NCBI GenBank assembly: GCA_004022145.1
Contig: RCNU01000004.1
Length of the DNA: 64,000 nucleotides
Source of the DNA: Paecilomyces variotii
Taxonomy: Eukaryota
Reading direction: 5' to 3' (one strand)
Shown: positions 37,391 through 48,153 of the stretch, one piece after another
Layout: the number at the start of each line of letters is the position of its first letter
Numbering within the stretch: position 1 is the stretch's first letter
Made by a program: the position numbers and the translations under genes
The notes under the pieces: model-generated
Told to the model about the DNA's origin: nothing
Seen by the model: the letters and a program-made list of their open reading frames with translations, nothing else
The model's database searches: none

Positions 37391-37879
37391 AGGTTTGACA
37401 TAGTTTAAATACTATGCAATAATGTGTGTCCAATACTAGAATCACGTACGGCAAGGAAACTGAACATCTAATTGGGACTTGTTATTATTATCGTTTATGG
37501 ACAGCGACACTGCGGGGTTTTTATCTCGGCTGACAAATTCGCGGATGCGAACATAAGTTAGTTATTTCGGGCATATCCCGGGCGAGATTAAAGCCTCCGG
37601 CGCGAATGACCTTGGATACGAGTAATTTAGAGCAGACAAACATGAGGGGCAGTGTGGATCGGAGTAAGTAGTGTCGCACCAAGACATTATTTCCATGATG
37701 CAGCTTCCAGGTATTACCAAATCAGCTCAGTTCTCTTTCTGAATTTGCTACATTTCATTTTCGTGCGGATATAGAAAGGGATATTAGATTCTCCTCTCGA
37801 CCATATGGTGAATTGAACTTATCGTATTCAGACTTGACAATAAGCTCTGAGATAGCACATTTCAAAGAGAACCGCAACC

Positions 37880-38964
37880 ATGGGTGAAGCACCTGAAGCA
37901 GGCCGCGAGAAGATTGCGAACTTCCATTTGATCCAACTGGACTACAAGCAGTTCGGTGGTCATGGAATTCGCGCGGATATCTTAATACCAAAGGCTCCCT
38001 TCCAGGGCAAGAGACCAGTTATCGCCCGTTTCCACGGCGGTGGGTTGGTGAGAACCCTTTAGTTACAATTTATTAACCAGCCTACCGTCACGTATTTCTC
38101 TGGCAAACTGAATCACATTGACTGATAAATTTACAGATTGCTGGTGACTCTATGTACCTCGATTGGATGCCCCAATGGCTACTTCAACTTGCAGATCGAC
38201 ATTCAGCCGTCATAGTTTCTCCAAACTACAGACTACTACCGGAGGCGACAGGGGTAGATATTCTTGATGACATCGAAGAATTCTGGTCATGGCTTCATTC
38301 GCCTTCACTTGCTGAGACGCTCAAGAACCACGAATCTAAAACAGAGCTGGCCTTATCCAGAATCATAACAGCAGGCGACTCAGCCGGAGGCCTGCTCAGT
38401 ATCTATCTCGCTTTATCTCATCCCGATGAGATCCGCGCGGCAACGGCGGCTTACCCCATGGTGGACATGCGTGAGCCGAGTTATCGCACTCCCCCGAATA
38501 GAGTGATGTTTGGCACGCCTGTACTTCCCTCTTCGACCATTACGGACCATCTAGCTAAGATGAAACCTGAGGATGCTGCATTGACATATCCCCCACCAGA
38601 GAGGTTTCCACTCTTCATTGCAGCAATGCAGCACGGAAGAGTTCTGGAGTTCTACGAGCGGGGATCGGAGAACTCTCCACGGAAAGATGATCTGTTCCTA
38701 GTAGAAAGACTAGAGAAAGAAGGTGCGAAGCTGCCACGCGGTGGGATTTGTATATTTCATGGCACTGAGGATTCTGTGGTTCTTGCTCGTGGCAGCGAGA
38801 GGTTCATTGCAAAGGCCAAGGAGGTCATGAAGGGGAAGCAGGGTGGCGATAAACTCGTTCTGGCGCTTCGACCAGGAGAACATGGATTTGATGGCGATAC
38901 TAACCTTGATGATCAATGGCTAAAAGAGGCCCTTGAACCTGCTGTGGAGGCTTGGTTGGAATAA
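37880..38964 (+). CDS. HSL-type alpha/beta hydrolase (esterase), 2 exons
   Basis: RFHGGGL, intron 38048-38136, then IAGD, SPNYRLLPE, GDSAGG, HGTEDSVV and GEHGFD. Confidence 0.9.
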
Positions 38965-39462
38965 AGGCCACCGTTACTTGTCTGGCTTTCACAACTCCTT
39001 TGAAGCGTCGCTGCTTGTACCCGAAATAGTGTCCCCTTAAGAAACGTCGTGCGCAAAGAAAGCAATGAAAGAAAAAGAAAGAAAGAAAAAAGATGCTTCC
39101 CCCTTCATTCTCTATATATATGTATTTTCTCTTTGTTTATGGCTAGTTGTAGCATGACGACTGATTTCACATAGTTACCACCGTTATCTGCAAGGGTGAA
39201 ATAGATCGCTTGAGTCAGGGCACGGTTGTATTCAATGCTCGAGTTGCACAACGGCGATGACTTCGAGGACTATATGACTCGTCAACTGACTCACGTATAC
39301 AGGCTACAGTATTCAAATATATTTATATCATCGTATATGTTCCTTATTGTACATTTTCATCGAAAGCATTTCTCTACCGAAAGCAGTCAGATAACCCACA
39401 TCAACGATCCTAAACCGTCTCGCATATGTTCTAAACCATCTAAAATCATAGATTCTCAACAG

Positions 39463-40974
39463 ATGTCTTCGGAAAAGAATATCAGGCCGCAGACCAGGTC
39501 AAAACTTCTCTCTCTTCCTTGTGAGTTAAGGCTGGTGATATACAACTACGTTTTCACCAGCCAAGAAGTCTGCGATATAAAACGTGTTCCCATCCGCATA
39601 TGGTGCGAACCACAGCATGAATGGCTGGAATACACAAAGTCCTGGCGTCCGGGATTCTGGCAACATAAATGCCAGCATCGAGCATGTTGGATGCAAGCCG
39701 CGGGGATCCTGGAGTCGGACATCTACTACGCCTCGAGTCCGATCACCGCGTCGACGCATTTCCCCTGTCCCGGTTCTCTGTCACCCTGCCCTCTGAATCT
39801 GGCTCTTCTTCAGACCTGTCGGACTATATACTACGAGGCTCGCACAATGCCTTATGAACTCAATAGGTTCCACACGTGGGAGCTAAGCAGCTTTTCAAAT
39901 TTCACTTATTGTTTGAAGAGTTGGCAGATCCGGTCCATTAGCCATCTGTCGATTGATCTCAGTGATTCCTTCGGCGGTAATACGGCTGCGTGGAACGAGT
40001 CGCTCGCCGTTATTGCGCGCGCTTTCGTGGGTCTGAAGACCCTCTCGATCACGATATGGCTTGGCTCCTTCCATCAAGCCTTCAGACCGAATTTCTGGTC
40101 GGGGGGTCTGCTGGACCTTGATCGTTTGCAACTTCAGGGTCTTCGCCTTGTGATATATGGAAGACCAGGACAGCCGGTTTTTGACTACTCCGCAGGAACG
40201 GGCGTGGAGCTTCCAGTTGAGCATTTCAATACACACCTTCGCCAGTGTGGAACTGGTCTTGAGGGAAGCCGTTTGATAATGGAGGACTGCGACCAAATCT
40301 CCTACAAGGGAACGGTATCAAAAACTGCTTCTACCCAGCAATCTGAGATCAAGTTCAGCGCAGCGCAGAAATGTCTGGAGCATATCTACGCAGACTGGGC
40401 ACACAAGAGATGCGATGCCATTTTACCTGTTGGGTTCCATTTCGATTTCTATCCGCTCTATATGCGGGATATGCTTGAGAGGCTGCCTGAGAGCGTGGGA
40501 AATGCTGAAATTCAAGGACACAATCTATTCACGCGGAAGTATGCATTTTGTAATGCGTACGATAAATCCGATGGAGGACGGCATCCGATTATAGGATATC
40601 AGTTCCATGATGACACGCCTCCTGAGGAAATAAACAGGGGCGTCGAAATGTTCCTGGAAGCTCGGAAACGGCTGAAGAGGTCCCATGCAAAATGGGCACC
40701 AGTATATCAGGCTGAAGCTCAGAAAATACTTCAGGAACGCAGAGCTCGACGAATGTCTCGTGGCTCGCAGCTGGAACAGAAACCCTGTCGAGATAAGATG
40801 GGTTATTCTCTGCTAGAACAAGATGGGGAGCCGGGAGAATGGAGACATCGCCTGGTTGCGGAGACAGTCGCTCCATTAATTGAAACTTTTCCGTGGGAAG
40901 TACCAAAACTCGCGAGGGTAGAGACTGATATCTGCATAGACTGTCCTAAGAAAGGACCTGGTCATCCCCAGTAG
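39463..40974 (+). CDS. Fungal hypothetical protein with N-terminal F-box-like motif
   Basis: SKLLSLPCELRLVIYNYVF and LALLQTCRTIYYEA...YELNRF motifs; start taken at MSSEKN. Confidence 0.75.
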   Translation: MSSEKNIRPQTRSKLLSLPCELRLVIYNYVFTSQEVCDIKRVPIRIWCEPQHEWLEYTKSWRPGFWQHKCQHRACWMQAAGILESDIYYASSPITASTHFPCPGSLSPCPLNLALLQTCRTIYYEARTMPYELNRFHTWELSSFSNFTYCLKSWQIRSISHLSIDLSDSFGGNTAAWNESLAVIARAFVGLKTLSITIWLGSFHQAFRPNFWSGGLLDLDRLQLQGLRLVIYGRPGQPVFDYSAGTGVELPVEHFNTHLRQCGTGLEGSRLIMEDCDQISYKGTVSKTASTQQSEIKFSAAQKCLEHIYADWAHKRCDAILPVGFHFDFYPLYMRDMLERLPESVGNAEIQGHNLFTRKYAFCNAYDKSDGGRHPIIGYQFHDDTPPEEINRGVEMFLEARKRLKRSHAKWAPVYQAEAQKILQERRARRMSRGSQLEQKPCRDKMGYSLLEQDGEPGEWRHRLVAETVAPLIETFPWEVPKLARVETDICIDCPKKGPGHPQ

Positions 40975-41234
40975 ATCGAAGTCTGAGTCCACATTTCGAG
41001 ATAATTTGCAAGAACAGAATTCCTGAATAGAGTATCTCAGCAGTGACAGTGTCGTTTAGAGGGGCATTTACCCTGTTTGGATAAACACATCTTGGCAATG
41101 ATTGTGATTGTATTTGTATTTTGACCTGGGCACGTCTGCGATAGGCGATGTTGTACGTCAAATATTGAATATGACTGTATATAGTAGTTATGTCTGAATG
41201 ATAAACACGTTCCGTTCCCTCTAGTAGTTAATAA

Positions 41235-41895
41235 TCATTGAGCGCTAGCGAAATGTTTACAATATACTGGGTTCAAAAGTTTTCTGTTTTTTCTCCACTT
41301 TTTTCTAATCTCTCTGATTGGTCTATTCTGAGTCACCGCCACGTGACCTTTGATTTAATTGGTTTGTTCTGAGTCACCGCCACGTGATATAACTATAAAC
41401 TGCTACTTATTACCGCCTTCCCTTTTAGGAAATCAAAATAACTCTTTTTAACCTCCTATATAGGTTCGCGTCTATATTAATTAATCTACACCCTTTACAG
41501 TCCTCCCCCCCTGCTTTTTATCGCCTATTTAGCTGTTATAAAAGCTTGCTTTAAAAGCATTTTCTTTTATCTAAATACTGGCTTCTTATTGGTCTTCTTA
41601 TTAGTCTGTCTGAAATATCGACTATATTAGCTAAATCCCTCCTACCTATCCCCCTTCTACCTACTTATCCTATATAGACTTCGGCTTCTTATACTATCTA
41701 TCTATTTAGATAGTTCTTTACAATATTTATCATCCACAGTTACTACACTAAAAGAACCTGATAAATTATTTGATTAAGCAATCAACCTATCTGCTAGGCT
41801 TTGCCAGCGCGCCAGCGCGTCAGCGCCAGCAGCCAGCTTGGTCACTACGCTCAATGATTATTTGCTACGGCCCCTCCTAGCCGTAGCGCACCTAG
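41235..41895 (+). mobile_element. Non-autonomous Helitron-like element, copy A (661 bp)
   Basis: A|TC 5' end; hairpin GCTACGGC-N8-GCCGTAGC; 3' CACCTAG|T; no TSD; collinear with inverted copy B over its whole length. Confidence 0.85.
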
Positions 41896-41973
41896 TAATT
41901 GTCCCCAAGCGTACTACTGTACTCCGTACATAGGCAATGATATATGTGCCATGTGGAGATCCCTAGTATATGG

Positions 41974-42262
41974 TAGGGGTGGTGAATTTCAGACATTTTC
42001 TTTTTTATTACTGAAATACTGAAATTCAACCCTTTTTTTTCGTTTCGAAATTCAAAACGCACAGACCATAAGTGGGGTGCGCTAAATACAGATTAGGAAA
42101 TTAAGCTAAGAGAATAACCAATAGTAGGTACGATACTATTAATAAGTAAAAGCGCAAAATTTCGGTCACGTGCCTATTTGAAATTCAAAAATTTTTCGTG
42201 AAATTAAAATCTTTTTTATTACTGAAATTCATGACATTTTGAATTTCAAATCGCCATCCCTA
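41974..42262. mobile_element. hAT-family MITE (289 bp) with 8-bp TSD
   Basis: TIRs TAGGGGTGGTGA / TCGCCATCCCTA (10/12, Ac-like TAGGG start); TSD GTATATGG at 41966-41973 and 42263-42270; repeated internal GAAATT(C) motifs. Confidence 0.88.
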
Positions 42263-42313
42263 GTATATGGTAACCTTAAGGCTGATCTAGAATAGAATAG
42301 TGAATAATTGATA

Positions 42314-42919
42314 CTAGGTGCGCTACGGCTAAGAGGGGCCGTAGCAAATAATCATTGAGCGTAGTGACCAAGCTGGCTGTTCTGACTAAGCTGGCTGCTG
42401 GCGCTGACGCGCTGGCGCGCTGGCAAAGCCTGGCAGGTAGGTTGATTGCTTACCTAGTTCTTTTAGTGTAGTAACTGTGGATGATAAATATTGTAAAGAA
42501 CTACCTAATAGATGAAGCTAGCTAGTAATTGCTAGATAGTATGAGAAGCCGAAGTCTATATAGGATAGGTAGGCAGAAGGGGGATAGGTAGGAGGGATTT
42601 AGCTGATATAGTCGATATTTCAGACGGACTAATAAGAAGCCAGTATTTAGATAGAAGAAAATGCTCTAAAAGCGAGCTTTAATAGGCAAAAAAAAAGCAG
42701 GGGGTAAGGACTGCAAAGGGTGTAAATTAATTAAAGCAGACGCGAACCTATATAGAAGGTTAGGAGGAGTTATTTTGATTTCTCAAATTAGAAGGCGGTA
42801 ATACCTAGCAGTTTAGAGTCACATGCGGGTGAAAACGAATCGACCAATCAGAGAGACCCGGAAAAAGTGGAGCACTTTTGAACCCAGTATATTGTAAACA
42901 TTTCGCTAGCGCTCAATGA
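42314..42919 (-). mobile_element. Non-autonomous Helitron-like element, copy B (606 bp)
   Basis: On the minus strand A|TCATTGAGCGCTAGCG...GCTACGGC-N8-GCCGTAGC-GCACCTAG|T; homology to copy A stops essentially at these termini. Confidence 0.85.
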
Positions 42920-43334
42920 TCATCGCAGTGGCCGTCCTATGTATTTTACAGTCAGGGCTGAAAATCCTTCACGGAAGGCGCGGGCCGGAAGTAATTTATT
43001 AATAATTAGCAGCGCCTTAGCGAGTGCAAATATGGATTCTTTCTGTTTTTGCTCCATAACGCCGATAATGATCTTCGCTAGTGCCGAGGTTACTCCTTCG
43101 GAGGTGGATTTTTCCTGTTCGCGCCGTGATGGACGGGGCCTTTGGGCCTTTCCGCTATGTGCCGCAGGTTCCCGAACTGCCGGTTTCATTTTTTCTATTT
43201 TTGACGTACTCTACTCCTTTCGAACAATGAGATCGCAAACGCCAAGGGGTTCAATGCGTTGATCTTGTGCCTTGTGCCTTGTATCCTGTGTCTTCTGTCT
43301 TCTCTCAGGGAAAACCTCCCTGCGGTAGTGCAAC

Positions 43335-45317
43335 ATGACGGTTGTGGCGTCTCAGCAGCTCCCGGTCTTGCTCCGGGTGCGTTCAAGCACTATTTTCATT
43401 GTTACCGCTGTTGCTATTGCGGTTTTTACGGTATGATTTTGACGCAGCAGGAAGAACCCCAGAACTAGTTAGTTTCCAGAAAAGCTAATAGTTGCATAGG
43501 ACACCTTTCTCTATGGGCAAGTTCACTTGCAATATCCCAATTGAGTGCAGCAAACTGACCGGCAGAAAGTCTCTTGATTCCTGTCTTTCCCTCGGCCCTC
43601 CAGGAAAGATGCTCTGTGCCCGAATCGAAAGGTGAGACTTCACAAGCCTTTCCAATAACGGCGTCTGAACTGACTTGATATAGTGCAAATGTACACGTCC
43701 TATCTAGTAGGACTAACTGGTGCCGGTAATCTCATTGGAGCTTGTATGTTTGATGCGATCATTTCAGTTGCTGTTGTGTCGTATGTACTGACAGACTATT
43801 TGAAAGTCTTTTTTGGCTGGCTCGCAGATCACACCAGCAACAGACGGTTCTCTCTCTTGCTAAGCCTTTCGGTCTTGACCGTGGCCACAGTTCTCATATG
43901 GATTGCGCATAACGTTGCTATACTATATGCAGGCCGATTCCTGCAAGGACTAGCCTCGGCTGCAGTATGGAGTGTAGGCCTTGCACTTCTCGTTGACACT
44001 GTAGGGAAAAGGGAGATACCTGTCGTCATGGGCTATGTCAACGTAGCCTTCAGCGCCGGCACAGTCACAGGGCCCTTCGTTGGAGGTATTGTGTATTCCC
44101 TCGCAGGATATGATGCGACCTTGGGACTCGCTGTCGGCCTTCTTGGTTTGGACATAATCCTACGGCTTTTGATCGTCGAGAAACGCGACCTACAACAAAT
44201 CCTAGAATCTTCCGCGGTTGATGAAGCGAACGAGGACGTCGTGCAGCCTTTGCTAGGGACACCCACTGCATCTACGAACAATAGACATGCGCAGACATCG
44301 TATTCTTCCCCGCTGCCTGCCACGCAGGAGAATCAGGAGGATGAGGGAACTGAGGTTGAGGTTGCGTATAAGACACTGATAAACTCGAAACGTCTGGTCG
44401 TACTCTTGGTTTGCGCGATAGTTCAAGCAATAACAATGAGCTCGTTTGAGGTCACCCTGCCGCTACATCTTCGTGATATCTTCAACTATGATCCGAAGGG
44501 AGCAGGTCTGGCATTTATACCTCTAATGGTCCCGGCTTTCTTCTCCCCCGCGATAGGTCAGTATTATCCCCCCTCCCCCCCCTTTTTTTTTTCGCAATAT
44601 ATGTCTAAACGTGACTATCATAGGGTACGTCTGCGATCGTGTTGGCAATAAGATTGTTGCATTTTTGGGGTATATTCTCTGCGCCGTGGCACTCGTTCTC
44701 CTGCGGCTGCCTACACACAAAGATACCCTGAACGAAGTTGGAATGTTCGGTGACCTTTTGATGATCGGCACCGCCATGTGCATGACTATGACGCCGGTCT
44801 TGACGGAGATCTTTGTTGCAGTGGAAGATTTGGAAGAGCAAAAGCCGGGACGCTTTGGACCTTATGGAGCTTATGCGCAGGCGGTAAGTATAGCTATAGC
44901 TACTCGCCAGAATATCGTGATCGTTCGGGAGACTGACCCTACTTGAACAGTATGGCCTCTTCGAGTTTGTCTATTCAGCCGGTATTCTCGGTGGTCCAAT
45001 CATGGGTACGTGTGCCCAAACCTCACCTAAGGGACTGCATGCTAATTTCCCCATAGCCGGATGGTTGAGGACCAGCTTCTCATGGAATGCGCTAACGCTT
45101 GTCCTTGGTACGCACTTTTCCTTAATTGACCGTTATCTACAGTAAAGTTATCTTTCTAACCTAGGACTCCGTTCGTTATAGGAATTCTGAGTTTTGCTAC
45201 CAGCTTCCTAATGGTACGTTATGTCATAGCTCCTACAACAGAGCACCTGCTTACTGCTGATAGATACCCACGAAATGGTCTGCCATCGATGATCATGATG
45301 AGGAAGAAACCAGATAA
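43335..45317 (+). CDS. MFS transporter, SLC18/vesicular amine transporter-like (10 exons)
   Basis: Spliced reading MTVVASQQ...RSSTIFIVTAVAIAVFT|DTFLYG|LLIPVFPSALQER...|VQMYTS...|FFGWLAD...GRFLQG...GLALLVDTVG...PGRFGPYGAYAQA|YGLF...; nine introns, one GC-AG (43517-43569). Confidence 0.85.
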
Positions 45318-46267
45318 ACGTCATCGGTTGATGGGATAACACCTCCCGAAAAGACGACCTGAAACCACGGAAGTTTTTGCTTTAAAAGAATCAGTGTACT
45401 GTACTATAAGAGGTAACCGGAGGCACTCGCGCCTACTTATGGGACTATAGATGCGATAGAAAAAAGTTTACGTTGTTTATAGAATACAATAATCCTTAAT
45501 GAAACCCTTGTGGTCAACAGGCAATTGATCAATTGAACCCATTCGACCGTTACATGTTCTGCACTTACGTAGATTCTCCATTTTTGGGGCTCCGAAGCTC
45601 GAAAGACGTCACTGGAGTACATAACCTGACATCTAAGCAAGATACGTACACACTCAGAAAAGGCCAATCATGATCGGTATACAGACATATTCTCGTTCCA
45701 CAGGAAGCGGGATGCCACCGTTAATGTCCCGTTCACCTCCCTCCGTCCACGATAATCAGCTGAACAAGCTCCAAACGCCATCAGAAGAACTGAAGAAAAA
45801 AAATAAACAAGCTAGTAATATAAATGATCCTCAACGGAGTGGAGCAATCCGAAGTTCCGGGGATTTTGCAGAACCCTCCAGAGTCCAGAATTGAGTACAT
45901 AGTTCATTATTCAATACGGTGCGGAATGTGGGTATTGTCTTCAGCCCTCGCTAATCATTTTCCCAAGCCAGCGGTTGGATATGAGCTATACGTACGGGGC
46001 GCCGTTCCGTACGATATGTCGACACCGAAGATGTCTTGTTGATCCACATCGAGCCAGCCATGAAGTTTCGGAATCCGTTCATTACGCGGTTCGATATCTC
46101 TCTAGTGGGAACCAATCATGGCACGTTATGGGATTTGGGGGGCTTCATTTTCTTTATTTCATCGTACTCGCTTTAACCGTCTGAAACCGCAACTTGGTGG
46201 ATGACAGTTCTTCCACTTTTTTTTTCTTCTTTACTAGAGTCCAGATCTGTTTTTATCGATTATTATT

Positions 46268-47422
46268 ATGACAAGTACGAATATGAAACGCTCCTACTCT
46301 CATCTCATGGAATACACAGAGCCCTATAAACTAGCAGTTACGTCCGTATCTCTGGGCCGAGCCCGCTTTCACAGCATACGAGAAAAGCTGTTGCAAGCCT
46401 CTCGTCATGGCATTCAGGGAATTGAGCTCTTCTATGAAGACTTGGAGCATCTCGCAAGTTCCTTTCCAGGCGGTGCCGTCAGCACGAATATCCTCCTTGC
46501 CGCGCATCATATTCGAAAACTATGCGACTCACTAGACCTTACCGTTATAAATCTCCAGCCATTTATGTTCTACGAGGGGCTTCTCGATCGTTCCGAACAT
46601 GACCGGATCATTAATGAGAAGCTGCCCTTATGGTTTGGGATTCTGCGTATTCTCGGTTCAGATACAATCTTGATCCCGTCGAATTTTTTGCCGCCAGACC
46701 CTACTACAGGACAAGCTCGAATCACGGGGAATATCGACGTGATTGTCTCAGACTTGACAGAGATTGCAGACTTAGGGGCACGACAATCGCCTCCAGTGAA
46801 ATTTGCATACGAAGCGCTTGCCTGGGGGACGTTTGTCGATACATGGGAGGCAGCATGGGACATTGTCTGCCGAGTCAACAGACCGAATTTCGGAATCGGT
46901 CTGGATACATTTAATATTGCAGGTCGTATATACGGTGATCCGACATCATTGACGCGGAAAACACGAACGGCAGAATTGGACTTTCATCTATCGATGCTTA
47001 GAATGTCACGGATCTTGGACCCTGGCAAGATCTTTGCCTTCCAACTCGCCGATGCCGAGTATCTGGCTCGTCCTCTGAGCACAAAGCACCCGTTTCACGT
47101 GGAAGGACAACCAAGTCGCATGAGCTGGTCGCGAAATGCTAGGTTATTTCCTTTCGAGCGGGGATTAGGAGCTTATCTTCCGGTTCTCGAGGTGGTAAAA
47201 ACCGTTCTGAATCTTGGTTACACCGGCTGGATATCGATGGAAGTATTCTCCACCTCTCTTGCTAGTCCTGAAGCATTCGTTCCTCTTATCCAGGCCAGGA
47301 GAGCTCTCGACTCTTGGGAAATATTGATTGAAGAAATCGAAGGGCCTGCGGCGACGGAGTCGTTAGAAGATCGACGATGCGCTCCGAGAATCTCAGGCAG
47401 TAGTCCTAGAGCTCTGATGTAA
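46268..47422 (+). CDS. 3-dehydroshikimate dehydratase-like protein (QutC/Qa-4 family, xylose-isomerase-like TIM barrel)
   Basis: SLGRARFH, GIELFYEDL, LQPFMFYEGL, FAYEALAWG, LDTFNIAG, QLADAE, SRMSWSRNARLFP and GWISMEVF motifs. Confidence 0.85.
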   Translation: MTSTNMKRSYSHLMEYTEPYKLAVTSVSLGRARFHSIREKLLQASRHGIQGIELFYEDLEHLASSFPGGAVSTNILLAAHHIRKLCDSLDLTVINLQPFMFYEGLLDRSEHDRIINEKLPLWFGILRILGSDTILIPSNFLPPDPTTGQARITGNIDVIVSDLTEIADLGARQSPPVKFAYEALAWGTFVDTWEAAWDIVCRVNRPNFGIGLDTFNIAGRIYGDPTSLTRKTRTAELDFHLSMLRMSRILDPGKIFAFQLADAEYLARPLSTKHPFHVEGQPSRMSWSRNARLFPFERGLGAYLPVLEVVKTVLNLGYTGWISMEVFSTSLASPEAFVPLIQARRALDSWEILIEEIEGPAATESLEDRRCAPRISGSSPRALM

Positions 47423-48153
47423 ATTAGATATGTGGCTTTGGGAAAAGTCCGATGATGGGATTTATGACTATTCATGTTTCAGATAGACATCGCGCGCGCG
47501 TTATGGATTTGGATTAAATGCTAGATTTTCTGCCTGCACCACTTTCGCTCCAACAAACATAACAACAGGACAAGGAGATTTATGGCCACATCAGTATATA
47601 CTTTCAGAGCTTGTGAATCAGTGTGTAACGACAGAGTTAATAAAATACATCTTAACTCACAGCATATAGTAATGAGCCCTTTTCATTCCTTAGTGGGAGG
47701 TGGATAAACAACCAACTACTATGCATTAAATCGACAAGAGAGCAGCCATCTATCCTCAGAAGAGCACACAAAAATGGGAAATAACCACCAGACTTGTAGA
47801 CTTTCAGAAAAACTAGCACGAAAATTCTCTTTCGTTTTAAGAAGACCAGGGAGTTCGAGTTCATTATTTCATAGTATGTATTCATCCTTATCGGCGATAA
47901 GGTTCCCTACCGCTTTAGTCCCAGTCTAGTTTACCGTCGCTAGTTCACCCCGTCCCCAGGTCTCGGGGGCCGCATACCATACTTAAGCATCAATCATCAA
48001 CCATCATCGCCGACCTCAAACTCCACGGATTGACTGGATCTATGAGACACAGGTGTCCATCGATCCCGCAATACATCTCGTCCGGAATAACATCAACATT
48101 GCCAATCTCAATACCTTAATCCGACTAACCCAACACCGAGTACAACATACATC

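Noticed and set aside
34736-40974. Secondary-metabolite cluster from hydrolases plus epimerase
   Set aside because: No PKS, NRPS, terpene synthase, RiPP precursor or cluster regulator in the window.
42920-43386. Minus-strand ORFs next to Helitron copy B as a LINE gag fragment or captured cargo
   Set aside because: The region is explained as the promoter and first exon (ATG 43335) of the MFS gene; no zinc knuckle or RT motifs.
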